Origin: Oikopleura dioica
Lineage: Eukaryota > Animalia > Chordata
Length of the DNA stretch: 64,000 nucleotides
Reading direction: 5' to 3'
Assembly: GCA_907165135.1 (NCBI GenBank)
Contig: OU015568.1
Coordinates: 2,480,001-2,544,000, forward strand
The position numbers were made by a program, and so were the translations under genes. Positions 51,233-64,000 of the stretch are shown one piece after another; the first letter of the stretch is position 1; the number at the start of each line of letters is the position of its first letter. Under the pieces are notes generated by a model, which ran no database searches, was not told the DNA's origin, and saw only the letters and a list, made by a program, of their open reading frames with translations.

Positions 51233-52528
51233 CGGGAATGACGACTAGGTTCGTGAGGACTAGGTTCGTGTGACTAGGTTCGTGGTGGGTTCTGCCAGAG
51301 TATTGAAATGGCCCTATATTTTGGGGCAGTAAGGGAAATGGGTTGATGACTAGGTTCGTGTGACTAGGTTCGTGAAATTTTAAATAGAAAAATTTTTGGG
51401 GCAGTAAGGGAAATGGCTTGATGACTAGGTTCGTGTGACTAGGTTCGTGAAATTTTATATAGAAAAAATTTTGGGGCAGTAAAGGAAATGGCTTGATGAC
51501 TAGGTTCGTGAGATTCTATGTAGAAAAAATTTTGGGGCAGTAAGGGGAATGGGTTGATGACTAGGTTCGTGTGACTAGGTTCGTGAAATTAAAAAAAGGA
51601 GAAAATGTGGGACTATATTTGCCAAATGAGTATCCCACCCCCACCCCCCCCCGTATGAGCCGCTAGGCTTAACACGCAGCATAACATTCTAAAAGTAAAT
51701 AAAATTAAGTTCTATTTCTTTCTAAACATCATTCATTTGCACGCATGGCTGCTAAATATGAAACAATCTTCATTCAATTAATTCGAATCAAGTAAGAATC
51801 ATAAGTCTCTCTCGTTGTTCCTCAAACAAATGAGTTTCTGTAGTAATTAAAATTTGTAATATTTTAAAATCCAAATTTCACGAACCTAGTCACACGAACC
51901 TAGTCATCACGAACCTAGTCTTCACGAACCTAGTGCCACGAACCTAGTCATCACGAACCTAGTCATCAACCCGTTTCCCTTACTACCCCAAAATTTTTTC
52001 AATTTAAAATTTCACGAACCTAGTCACACGAACCTAGTCATCAACCCATTTCCCTTACTGCCCGAAAATGCTAAAAATACAAAAAATACATATAAAAATC
52101 CAAATTCCACGAACCTAGTCACACGAACCTAGTCATCACGAACCTAGTCTTCACGAACCTAGTCACACGAACCTAGTCTCCACGAACCTAGTCTTCACGA
52201 ACCTGGTCACACGAACCTAGTCATCAATTCGTTTCCCTTGCTGCCCCAAAATTTTTCTATTTAAAATTTCACGAACCTAGTCACACGAACCTAGTCATCA
52301 ACCCGTTTCCTTTACTGCCCCAAAATTTTTTCTATATAAAATTTCACGAACCTAGTCACACGAACCTAGTCATCAACCCATTTGCCTTACTGCCCCAAAA
52401 TGGAGAAGATACAAAAAATACATATAAAAATCCAAATTTCACGAACCTAGTCACACGAACCATTTTTTCCAACATGGCACCCACGAACCTAGTCACACGA
52501 ACCTAGTCCTCACGAACCTAGTCATCGG
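51233..52528. mobile_element. Foldback-like element with modular inverted arms of GACTAGGTTCGTG repeats
   Basis: About 10 forward 13-mers (51243-51590), more than 20 inverted copies (51880-52525), ~62-75-bp higher-order units, unique centre; candidate TSD TCTCA. Confidence 0.75.
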
Positions 52529-52729
52529 TCTCAATCTGACTTCTAATACTAATAAGACTTCTGCCTCAAAGTAGATGATCGTAAAATCAAGGTTGGGCAA
52601 GAGCATCGTCAAGTCGATCTAATAATTTTTATGCTGATTTTACGGGACTTTTTAACAATCTAGCAGCGTTAATTGCGTTTTCTAGCTTCGATTCAAGCCT
52701 TAACGCGCGCCTAGAGAAAGGAAGTGGCC

Positions 52730-54237
52730 ATGAAGGTAAGTTTTTCACAGAACATGAACAGTATTGAATAGTTTATGCAGGTTTTCCCTTCCATCCTTTT
52801 CGCCGGTTGCTGGGCACAATGTCAAAAAGCTGATTTCGCAAGTATCGATTGCTCCAATTACAGTTTTCTGGTGACCATTAATCAGACTTGTTTTGATTAC
52901 CACTGGAATAGAGGCAGCGATTGGAATGAGACGATGGTTTTTGGAAGCTCAGGAGAGGCAAGCTGTGAATTTAATGTCGCTGATCAAGGGTCGACTCCTA
53001 TGGAAAGTAAGGCTAGAATTTAAACAAAAATGCTATTGAAAAATCAGTCAAATTTGATGAATGCACGGTAGCGCCAAATTACCCTGATTCAAATGACAAG
53101 ACGGTTATTGACTTCAACCTTGCTGGTCAAATCTTAGAGCACCTAATTGTAAGTCTATTTGAAAGATTATTTTTACGGAAATACGGTAAGAACTTTAACG
53201 GTAATAAGGGAAATGATGACATTGAGAGTTATTTTGATTTCAACTTCAAATGCGAGTTCCAGGGCGTGACAGATCTCGAACAAATGGCGGTAATAAAAGA
53301 TTACGTGATGAGTATTATCTTGTTTTCAGCAATTATACGATGCCGATAAGCTGAAGGTGAACGAGTCATTGACTTTGGATAGTTCTATGATCCCGGCACC
53401 GAATACCTTAACATTGGAATCATCTGATCGTTCTACATGGTCTGTAAATTGCGTTAATTGTGACAATGTGAAAGTTGGCGATGTTTACGAAATTCAATGG
53501 AATAACGTGTACGGTGGCGATTTAAGCTTTCGAATCGAAAATATTTGGATTGGGTGCGATCTAAATAGAGTCAGAAAAAGATAAAAAAATTTTAGACCGA
53601 ATTCGGGGGAGAAAACAATTCATCTTGTAGAAAATGGCTGCGTTAAATCAAATTTTTTTCTTACTGATATTGTGTATTCTCAGGCGAGAATACTTGATTG
53701 GAGTGTTTTCAAATTCAAAAGCTCAAATTCTCTTTATTTTACGGTAAAAATTTTGATATTAATATCTGAAGAGTATTCGTTTAGTTTGACCTTGTTTTGT
53801 GCAACCCGAACGAAGAAAATTATTGTCTTGGAACGTCTGATTGTCTGAATGGAATCGGAAATCAGCAGCTTTTTGAAAATTGGATTAATCAACAAGGGGC
53901 ATCAACAGCGACGACGACCACCACTACCACCACAACGACTACCAGTGGCGCAAGACGACGACGATCAACTGACGATGAAAATAACACTCTAGAAAACACT
54001 CGAAAAATAGTTGAATACTCGGTAAATATCTCTTTCCTTATCTCTAACAATAATTATTTATAGGACCTAAGCGTTGAAGTTAACTTTCCGGATGGAGCAA
54101 ATACAAAAGAAGAAATTGTCGACGGCGAAACAATCATCCGCCTTTCAAATGAAGCCCCAAAAGTGTTCGGAGCTTCCGGAGCTCAAGAATTATTCAATTC
54201 GGCCTTTCTGGCCCTCGCTGCTATCTACTTTCTGTAA
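52730..54237 (+). CDS. ZP-like domain protein with poly-Thr, furin site and GPI-like tail, paralog B
   Basis: MK|VFPSILFAGCWA; FASIDCSNYSFLVTINQTCF; CNPNEENYC; ARRRRS; FNSAFLALAAIYFL*. Confidence 0.7.
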
Positions 54238-54581
54238 ATCAATAATTTTATTTCTTGTTCTTTATTCAAAATTCAGTTACTTGTGAATTATAGCTCCACA
54301 AAATCAATAAAAAATAAGCCCTTTTTAATAATCTTTCAAAAATCAAAACCCCGGAAAAATGAGAAAAAAGGAAGGCCCAAGAAGATAAAATCGCAAATCT
54401 CATCAAAACCAGTTGCCTTTGTCCTTCTTTCTCCGTAAACACTTGACGCTCAGTTTGAGTACCTATTCTTTCAAAGGAGATTTAGGCCCGTTCTATTGCC
54501 CAGCGGCAGTGTTTAACCTAAATCTGTACATTACACTTTTTTTTGTTGACAACGCCCAGACAGAAAAGAGAAAGTTGAAAC

Positions 54582-56808
54582 ATGGAAAATCGGAGTTGTG
54601 AAGATGCAGATTTGCTGAATGATCCCGAAGCGAGCTTTCAAGCGGCTGATTATGCTATTTTGGGAGTAATGCTAGCGCTTTCAGGAGTTATCGGCATTTT
54701 TTTCGCCTGGAAGGATCGGAAGGTTTGTTTTCTCTTGTTTCTCTTCACAACAAATTTTCCAGGAAAGCTCCGAAGTATACATGATGGGAGGAGGAAGTGT
54801 GTCCCCCTTTCCAATCGCCGCTTCTCTCGCTACAACTTTTTCTCGGCCGTGACTGTCCTCGGTGTTCCGGCAGAAGTCTACATTTTCGGCATCATGTATT
54901 TCTTCTTCGCGATCTCCCTCCTTCTATCCTCCATTCTCGCCGCTGAAATCTTCGGTCCCCTTTACCGCGCAACTGGAGTCACGTCTACTTATGAGTATCT
55001 CGGAAAGAGGTTCAATAATGCTGTGAGATATCTTGGACTAGGAGTTTTTTATTTGCAGAATATTGCCTATATTGGTATTGTCATTTACACACCTTCTTTG
55101 GCGCTGGAAACTGTTACAGGTAAAGAGAAGAAACAATTATTAAAGTAAAAGTTCGTTATAAATGTTACGGCTCAAATGAAGCAATCTCTTTATGCCTTGT
55201 TATATTACTCATATTTAGAGAGTAATACACGATTTGAGATAAATTCACAGAACATTACTGTTTTCATTTTATGAAGGTGAATATTTTTCTCATGGAACCC
55301 TTTTTTATATTCCTGCATCTAAAAACAGCTCTTTTTTATCTACCTCCAATTTTCAGGCCTGAACCGTTGGGCAGCTGTTTGGCTGAATGGTGCGGTCTGC
55401 ATTTTCTACACTTCAATCGGCGGACTCAAAGCTGTTGTATGGACTGATACTCTTCAAATAATCTGCATGATCGGTGGCTTTGTCACGATCTGCATCGATG
55501 GTCTTGCTGAATTTGGCTTCGCTGAAATCTGGTCGAACGGAGTTGAAGAGGGAAGACTTGAATTTGATTGGAGAGCCGATCCTCGATACCGACACAGTAT
55601 TTGGGCGATCGTTTTCGGCGGCGTTTTCGGAACCTGGGGAAACTTATTCGTCGGAAGCCAAAGCTTTACGCAGCGAATGCTTTCCGCAAAAGATACAAAA
55701 GACATGAAAAGAGCAATTTACGGTGGCTTCATCGGAATCTTGATAATTCTCCTTCTCGCGGCCTTCACTGGACTTGTCATGCTCAAGTTTTTCACCTGCT
55801 GCGATCCTCTTTCAGCCGGCTGGGTCGACGCAAAAACCCAATTGGCGCCGTACTTGGCGATTCAGAGATTCAAGAATATGCCTGGATTGGCGAGTCTTAT
55901 CGTTGTTGGCGCTTACGGAGGCACTCTTTCTACAGTCAGGTATGAAAGGACCTCTTCTTTCCTCTAGAAAATGATATATTTTAGCTCTGGAATAAATTCT
56001 ATGGCAACATGTCTCGTGACCGACATTCTCGTGCCAAACGAAAAACTCTTTAAAATCTTCAATCCCTCTGACCGATTTTATACCATCGTCACCAAAGTTT
56101 CCTCAGCTTGCTTTGGCCTTGCTTGCCTCGGAATGAGCTACATCGCCGCTGCTGCTGGAGAAGGACTTCTTCAAGCGGCGTTGTCGCTTTTTGGGATTCT
56201 TGGAGGACCAAATATGGCTGTTTTCTTTTTGGGCGCACTCGTGCCGTTTGCTGAGCCGATCGGAGTTTTTATTGCCGATATTGTTGGTGTTATCATTGCT
56301 GGATGGGTAGGTTTTTTTTGGTGATTAAATGTGATAAAGGCTTTTAGGTTTATTTTGGGTCAAAACAGTATCCAGCTGGTAACGAGTTCATCGGTAAACT
56401 CGACTTCTCCACCGAAGCTTGTGGACTAAACGTTACAGAGACCGTTCTTACTCAAGAAGAAGAAACTGAATTGCCCGGAATCGCAAGTCTGTACCAAATC
56501 TCATATTGCTATGTTGGAACAGTTGGTTTTGTGACCACTTTCGGAACGGATTTTCAAAAACGATCTTTCCCGTCAAAAATTGTCAAACGGGATTTTGAAA
56601 ATTCAAAACAGTTCTTGCGCTTGTTTTGTCCGGAATTGTCAAAATGACGAGAAAAGATTATGAAGAAAGGCCGCCCGCGAAAACAATGGTTCCTTGGCTG
56701 CCTTGGAGCCCAACGGAAGACATTGAAGAGAACACAGATTTAAATGTCAAATCTGGAAACAAAAATGCTAGCTTTAGAGACGAAGAAACGAAATTTGATA
56801 AATTTTGA
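54582..56808 (+). CDS. SLC5 sodium:solute symporter (SLC5A5/6/8/12 clade), apparent frameshift at ~54840
   Basis: ADYAILGVML; SAVTVLGVPAEVY; STYEYLGKRF; GGLKAVVWTD; SQSFTQRML; GTLSTV|SSGINSMA. Confidence 0.9.
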
Positions 56809-57083
56809 GCTTTCATTATTTTTTTATTGAAAATAAACCGTTACTCCTGTATCTGCAGAGTCTCTTGCATTATTTCAGAGCTATTTTATTGCCTTATTTT
56901 GCTTCAAGTCTTTAAAAAAAGAATCTAAAAAATATTTTAAAAAAGAAGATTGCTAATCAGATAATAAAATAATTATTCAAAACCAAAAGAGGTCTCTATC
57001 ATTATCAGTCTGCGCAGAGGACTTACTGACGGCCTTGAGCAGAGATAAGTCCAAACAGTTTAGTACTTAGAAGGTTGGCCTTA

Positions 57084-57660
57084 GGCCAATTTCAATAAGG
57101 AATCCAAATTCAAAATCCTAACCCCCCATGTATTCATGCTCGTTGGAAAGAGCGTAAAAAGTTACGTCAGAAAAAAATATTTCTAGAGGCTGAGTCATCA
57201 GAAATGACGTCATGGCGGGTGATTGAAGTTCCAAAAGTCCCAAACCTTGGTTCCCCTCTCATTTTTTTTCCACAAATGGAAAATTTGAGTTTAATACACG
57301 AAAATGATCGCCTTGACCTACCCGAGGTGAAGAGCTATATTTTTCGGAAAAAATTTTGAAAAAATCGGAAGAAAAATTTTTTTTCTAGAGTTGGATATTT
57401 CGTATTAAACTCTTCACCTCGGGTAGGTCAAGGCGATCATTTTCGTGTATTAAACTCAAATTTTCCATTTGTGGAAAAAAAATGAGAGGGGAACCAAGGT
57501 TTGGGACTTTTGGAACTTCAATCACCCGCCATGACGTCATTTCTGATGACTCAGCCTCTAGAAATATTTTTTTCTGACGTAACTTTTTACGCTCTTTCCA
57601 ACGAGCATGAATACATGGGGGGTTAGGATTTTTAATTTGGATTCCTTATTGAAATTGGCC
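57084..57660. mobile_element. PIF/Harbinger (Tourist-like) MITE, 577 bp, with 251-bp near-perfect TIRs
   Basis: Arms 57084-57334 and 57410-57660 begin GGCCAATTTC; TTA TSD on both sides; one mismatch seen. Confidence 0.9.
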
Positions 57661-57847
57661 TTAGGGCGATTGCGATCGGACGCACTGAGTGGATCCACCT
57701 TTCAAACTTCTTTTCACTCGGTCTCAAACTTCACGTTGAGCCTAAAGGAAACTCACCTCACGAGTAAAAAAGAGAGAAACGTGAAAAAACGGGAAAGTAC
57801 AGCCAGTCTCTTGAATTTCAGTGAGAAAGACGAAGGAAGAAAAGAAG

Positions 57848-58319
57848 ATGAGCTTGAAGTTGTCGATTCAAAGTGCAATTTTATTGGGTAATTATTCTTT
57901 TCAGAAAAATTTTCAAAAAAATTTTATTTTTTTTATTAAAATTTTTGCTTCTTTTATTATTATCAAAACTATCAATTATAGGAACACAATTTCTCCTGGC
58001 TCATGCTCAACAACAAACAAACTTCCTCCAGCCTGGAACTCCGACCAAAGAAGATGAAGGAAAAGAATTCGAAGAAATTTCCCCCTTCAGAAGATTTCTG
58101 CACAAATTTGGCGTCGACACAAATCCAGCTGGCGTGGTGATTGGATTCTTGTTTCTCTGCGGTGCTGGTGGTGGCGGATACTATATTTAGTAAGTGTTTT
58201 TTCGCTTCAATATTAAGAAATTTTTATCAAGAAAATGACAAATCTTTTTATTCTCAACCCTTTTTAGCAAAGAGAAGCAAAAAGAACGAGTCTCAGGAGC
58301 AAAAGAAGACGATGCTTAA
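57848..58319 (+). CDS. Small type I membrane protein
   Basis: Three exons: MSLKLSIQSAILL|GTQFLLAHA...GVVIGFLFLCGAGGGGYYI|YKEKQKERVSGAKEDDA*. Confidence 0.65.
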
Positions 58320-58561
58320 ATTTGCCACCTATTTTCGAAGCCAATCTTTATCTGGAGTTCAAAAGACCTTTTTATTTATGTTTTGCTTTATTAACTATGT
58401 CTCTTTGCAACTATTTCGTTTCTTTATTCCCAGTGAGTTGTTTTTAATATCATTATTTCCCCAATAAATCATGCCATCAAAGGATCTTTCTTCTATGAGT
58501 TTGTTTATTTCATATTCGTAACGAAAAGACAGTAAGTATACACTGTACATGTAATTTTGAT

Positions 58562-60026
58562 TCATCCTTTGTATTTGAAGCCAATATCATTCGTCGTCGT
58601 ATTCCAATGGTACCCAAAAAGCGTCATGTCTCTACCAAAATACGCTTTTAACCTTTCTCTCGTTTCCAAGGGCATTGAGTCCATCACTTCGTGGACTTTT
58701 TCTTGCAGTTTTTTCATCGAACCTGAAACTCCGCCGTTGACGGAGTGGTTCAGTTCGCCAAAATCGTCAGGCCTCGTGATGTTCGGATAAAAATCGAGTA
58801 TTTCTGCGAACTCAGCTTTGTAATTTTCGACTGAGACGACCGCATCGTACTTGTTGTATAAGCAGGGATTCCTGAAAAAAAGGGTAAGTTTGAGTTTTAG
58901 TTTGTCAATTTACCGATTGTCAAATTCAAAATTTGAGTCTGGCGTCTGAACAATCGGTATCAAATGATTATTTGTGGTTGATTTCCGGCCCATTTCTTCC
59001 ATATCAAGCATGTATTCAACCAGCCGTTCGAAGCTGACTAAATAAGGATCATCCAGAAAAGCAGAATGATTTGCAATTTTTTCAAGGCAGCCTTGGTAAA
59101 ATTTATTGTTCGGGCTGACCGAAGTTGCGCATTTTTCTTCTCCTGCTTCGAGAAAAATTTGCTGAATTTTCTGACGTTCTGGCCTCAAAAACGGGCTTCT
59201 CGCGATGAAATTTTTGTAGCCGAAAGAAGCTCCTGATGCATTGTCTACGTTTTTCATGCTGAATTTGTCGTTCCATGCGGAAATGAGTCTCAGCAAAGGA
59301 TGACGGACAAACAGCACTCTTTTTGGAATCGAATTTTCTTCGCTCGAATCGTCACAAAACTTCCCCAAAAAGGCTTCATCTTGGAATTGGCTTTTTGTGT
59401 ATTTTGTCACTGCATCTCGGCTTGAATAAGGTTCCTGTGGTAAACCAAGTAAGAAGGCCGTTCTATTGAATTGGATGTCTGGTTTTATAGGGGGCAGGTC
59501 GAGCGTTTTGTGAGCCCACTGGTACATCAGCTGGGAAGCACATTTGTTTGGCACGGTCAAAAGAAGCTCATTTGTCATTAAGAAGGTGCCTTCTCCGGTA
59601 AACTTTTGCAGTAGTTCCTCTCGCCGAAAATTTGCTTGACTGGTTCCTCGTTGTAACATTTTGAGCAGATTTTTAACCTTTCTGGGCTTCAATTATGTTG
59701 ACAAAAATGAATAGAATAATTTGAATTAGCATACTTATAGAAATTTCAAACCCTTTCATATAATCTTTTCTGTCAAAAGCACTTTCAAAATGAATCCCGC
59801 CATCAAGTTCTTTGCACAAATTTTCATCATCTTCATCGTTTAACCTTTCTAGTGAGCTATCTTCTGAAACTTCATCGATTTCCTCCTTCAATAATGCAAC
59901 GAATTTCTCTTTGTTGATTTCCTCTTCAATGAATCTGCTCGCTTTTGAATCAAAATATAGAAGCGCAAGGAATAAGAATCCAACTAAAAATGAGCAAAAT
60001 GCAAAAATCTTTCTCGAATCAAACAT
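58562..60026 (-). CDS. Carbohydrate sulfotransferase (Sulfotransfer_2, CHST8-14-like)
   Basis: Type II anchor; VPNKCAS; FVRHPLLRLISAWNDKF; HLIP..NPC..YD; YFGRDMTLFGY. Confidence 0.88.
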
Positions 60027-60155
60027 TTTATCAGAAAAGAAGTTTTTATTTTTTAAAGAAATTGTGACATCGCCGGAAGGCTTTTCAATTCTAGTGGCAA
60101 AGAGGGACCCGACAAACGAATAGAAATAGAAGAAAAGGTGATTCTTGATAGAAAT

Positions 60156-62052
60156 TTATTGAATATTTCGAATTGCTTCTAAGTTGTGAAACTCTGGATA
60201 AGAATTCCTCGTCGTCACCGGTAGATGAACTTCGCCAAGACAAACCATCGGCGGAATTCCTTCGTAATAGGTCTGTTCCGAGTCCAAAATCGGGGTCGCA
60301 ATGATTGCCAATTTATTGCCATTTCTCGAGGTTGGCCTGGAATCGTGGTGTTCACAGTTGACCACGCGAATAGGAGGAAGAGGATCAGAACTTTGACGGA
60401 AGTCGTTTGTAATTCGTTGCTCGTGGTTTTGTTGACGGCTAGCTGGACGGCTCAGAGGGCGGATGTTTTGAGAATGAGCGAGTTCTTGAGGATGCTCCTT
60501 AATAAAAAGAATAACCTCGATTTTCGCCTTGCTAAATATACCTTCTGAATTTCTTCAACCACCGGTTTGAACCTGCTTTTCAAATTCAACTTTGATCTAT
60601 TCTCGCTTCTCGCTCCAGAGCTTGTACTCGTCCATGATTTCAAACTCGGTGTGTTACTACTGGTATGACTTGATCTCGCATTCGATCGAGGGTATCTCAG
60701 CTCGCCATAAATTCGTTCTGCCTCTTCTGTGAGTAGAATTTCATGTTCGGTGCTGAGAGGAGGGCGAGTCGGGACGTGGATTGATTCTTCTCTGACGGAT
60801 CCTTTGAGGCTTTCGAATGTGGAGACCGGGCGAGACGGTTGGTGTGAGCGCGGAGGTGCGGGTGTTGGTTGCTCTAAATAGCCATTAAAAAAGACTTATA
60901 ATTGTTTAAAGCTTTACCTAATTGTCTCAAGCTAACAATTGAGCAAGGAACAGACGGTGGCTTAAAATTCGGCACAGGTACTGAGCTCACTTCTGAGCAA
61001 CTATCCAAACCATCCACAGTCTCCGAAAAAGTGGACTCATCATCTTCATTAATCTCATGCTCATTTTGCTGCTCGTGACTGTTTATGACCACGCGTTCAT
61101 GGGTCATTTGGCGGACGATTGGCGGCTGAGAAATGGAAGGTCGCGCGATTGGGGCTAATTTGACGCCTGATGCTTTTGGCTGGACTTTGATCAGATTCGC
61201 TAGGCGGTCGTAAATGGACTCTTCGACGATTTCGGATGATTTCTAGAAAAAAATTAGTTTAATTTTTTTTTCATTTTGAGTCTTTATTTAGGCATTTTCG
61301 AGTAGAAAATTACCGCATTCTTCAACGCTGTCGCTTGTGAAATCACTAAGACACAACCAAGAGCAAAGCACAAAATGTAGATCCCGGTCAAAGCCCATTG
61401 AATCGCTAGACCAGCTGTTCCCACAATTTCTTTATCGACAATCGTAAAGACGAATTCGTAGTTTTCAGAAGGCAGTGAAACATACGCGGCGGCAAAAACT
61501 TTATATACAAGGCCGAGTAGCGCGAGAAAAATCCACAATAATCCTAAGAAGTTAGTATTCCTTCAATCATTCAATATCAACCCTACCTATTCTCAAAAAT
61601 CCCCTGTGCTTATCAGGAACAGCCATCAAGCAAGAGGCAATAAATAATCCAAAGTGTCCCAAAAGCGCCAGGACTCCAACAACGATTCCAATCACCATTA
61701 TCAAATGATCGACTTCTGGAATATCGTTTTCTTCATCTGAACTCATGTTTTTTGCAGTTTTGATGATTCCGGCCAAATCGAAGCTGAGGAGAATAAGGGC
61801 AATCAGCATTATCCCAACTTTTAAAAGGGATGATTTTTTACCGCAGAAACAGATCGAACCCTAACTTAGGACCATAGCCTTAAAAATCAGCCCTTTTCCT
61901 GAAAGTGAGCAGCAAAAGCAAAAACTCTCTATAATCGGCTTTTTCAAACATTTTCTCTGTTTGTCGATTTCTGTTTCCCTCATCATCGGCTCTGGCAGGG
62001 ACTCTTTCTTATGAAACTTAAATTTTCGCCCAGTTCTGACGGATGAATTCAT
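60156..62052 (-). CDS. Four-TM orphan protein with long disordered C-terminal tail
   Basis: Four hydrophobic segments in 61284-61809; Pro/Ser-rich exons down to 60156. Confidence 0.55.
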
Positions 62053-62610
62053 TCAAAAAATACAACTTTTTTCATCCTTTTTTCCGAAAAATCGAAGAGA
62101 GTTTTTTCGGTCAAGAAATTTTCTTGAATGATTTTTTGCCTGAACTTTTTGATGCATGAGCGCCGATAATAAAAAAAAGGATCGGCGAAGAAATCGGCCG
62201 GAAGGTTGACACCTCGTGATGAGGGTTATAAAGCCGCGCTGATTGAAATTATAGCACTTCATTTTCGCTTCCGAAAAAGGTTAACTGATTTTTCATCAAG
62301 ATTTCCGGTTTTTTCTGCCCTTATAAAAAATCACGATGATGAAAGAGACAAGTTAGTGTGTCGATTGTTTATTGTCATTTTTATAAGCTTGAAGCGAATA
62401 AGCCAGTAGTCAAAAGATACAGTTGAGTATGAACAGTAGAATTTCGTTTTTGAAGAAATATCAGTTTTATTTATTTATTAGCTTTAAATATACATTCTTT
62501 TTATTTATTATTATGTTGAACTTGATGAATATTTTTGAAGCTAAGGCACAGTAGAAGTTGATTAGATTCTAGATCTTTACAGTTATTAATTTTACAATTA
62601 TCCTTTTAAA

Positions 62611-64000
62611 TTAGAATGCGTACGATTTAACATGAGATGCCTCTAATTCTGGACTGCTTGCATCTTCGGGCAGTTTTCTCATTTTTGGTGAACGTATTGA
62701 GGAAACACGCAAACTTCCTTCTCGGATCATTTGACCGGGCTTGTTGTCAGATGCAGCTGGTAAAAGGGTTTCAAACTTGTCGAGAAAAGAAGCCATTCCC
62801 TATCAAAATGAAGCTTTCTCTCGCAGAACAAATTTTTCTGCCGAAAATCTGTCATAAATCAAGTCAAAAATGAGAAAAAATTGAAACCCGTGGCGAAAGC
62901 GAAGGAACTTTGAGTCTTGTGCATCGATCTTCTGGAATGTCTTCTCGTCGATCCTCTTGAAAAATTCGATTCTTCAACCTCCAGCTTCTGCTTTTTAATC
63001 GTCGCCTTTTCTTTTATCTGAGCGTCCAAAGCCTTTAGAACTCGTTACACACTCTTTCTTTGGGTTGCATTACCTTATCTTGCACAGATTTGTAGTACGA
63101 AAGCTGGACGAATCTCCAAGCCAAGACGAAGATCAAATAGATCGCCAGAACGAGGAAAATCACGAGCCATGGAGAAATGACTCCCCAGACATGAGGAGAG
63201 ACGCCAATGAGTTTGAATGTGTCGATTGAGAGAGCGTAAGCACCTGAAGTTGACGATCTTTATTTCGAAAATTATTCTTCCATACCTTTGGAGTAGTACA
63301 TTCCAGAGAAAACAAAGTATGCGACCGCAGAGCCCAAAATCGCTGAAAAATCAAAACAAAGTCAAAAAATCAATTCCTTACCAGCAACATTCAAGATTGT
63401 CCAATTCTTCGTATCAAAGCACATTTGAAGCGTCATCACGAGAACAATTCCCGTTTGCATCGTGACTTGAAAAACGTTGATGTCCATTGGGTCACCGGCT
63501 GGTTCTTCCATTTCTTCGAGGCAGAAATACGAGACAAAGAAGAAAAAGACAGAGATGGCAAGTCCCCGGCCAAGGATGAACCAGAATCGTGACATGTTGA
63601 AAAGAGAATCATTTTGGCCTTGAAAGAAGAAAGTTAACAGAAAACCATATTTATGAAAAATTTTTTTTATACTCAGTCTTTTTTAAAAAACGAAAATCTG
63701 AGTCTTTATGTTTAACTTGAACCAGGTTTATCGAAATCATTCCATTTATTTCTCTTATGAATCTTTATTCTCGCAAAAGTCAAAAATAAACCTATTTCTT
63801 ACCAAGAGTATAAAGCTTCGGATTCTTGAGCGAGCTTCGTTCATTAACATCTTTGTCCATAATCGCCAAGATCAGCACCGGAATGGACGTATACACGACA
63901 TTATACGAAGCAATCATCATATCTTCATACACACTTTGAGCAGACCACAAGCAAAAGATTCCAAACCAAAATTGACAGAAAGTGAAAGCAAAGTTTTTGA
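62611..64000 (-). CDS. P4-type phospholipid-transporting ATPase (ATP8-like), 3' part
   Basis: KTFAFTFCQFWFG..SAQSVYED..YNVVYTSIPVL..DKDV..PKLY..G; gene runs off the window edge. Confidence 0.9.

Noticed and set aside
51233-52528. Short repeats with spacers resembling a CRISPR array
   Set aside because: Spacers are themselves repeated, the arms are inverted, the context is eukaryotic and there are no cas genes
31330-60026. Possible glycosaminoglycan-sulfation gene cluster (HS3ST, proteoglycan, CHST)
   Set aside because: The genes are about 25 kb apart with unrelated genes between them; such families are abundant in this lineage

Overview
Compact, intron-rich animal genomic DNA. Short introns, G[A/G/C]-AG splice donors, a probable SL-trans-spliced operon and lineage-specific secreted proteins point strongly to the larvacean tunicate Oikopleura (inference). 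About 45 genes lie in 64 kb. Recognisable ones are an ENDOD1-type nuclease, CDA, an intronless FGF, an NKL homeobox gene, a triple-domain trypsin-like protease, a RING/coiled-coil protein, a PLAC8-family protein, HS3ST- and CHST-type sulfotransferases, a NAB-eIF3g-DPH7-SART1 operon-like cluster, ABRA, two ZP-like paralogs, an SLC5 symporter and the 3' end of a P4-ATPase. There are also tRNA-Arg(TCG), tRNA-Glu(TTC) and four non-autonomous DNA transposons (hAT-like, Tc1-like, Harbinger-like, foldback-like). The most striking items are: (i) an orphan signal peptide-ankyrin-like-TM-pseudokinase receptor whose kinase exon is split by a hAT MITE that may be spliced out; (ii) Met-rich 'LPLLL-DD' repeat proteins, one carrying three trefoil domains; (iii) DxDxDG-type loops in all three protease domains; (iv) small secreted peptide genes, one nested in a SART1 intron. 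Exon boundaries were read by eye and no database searches were run.
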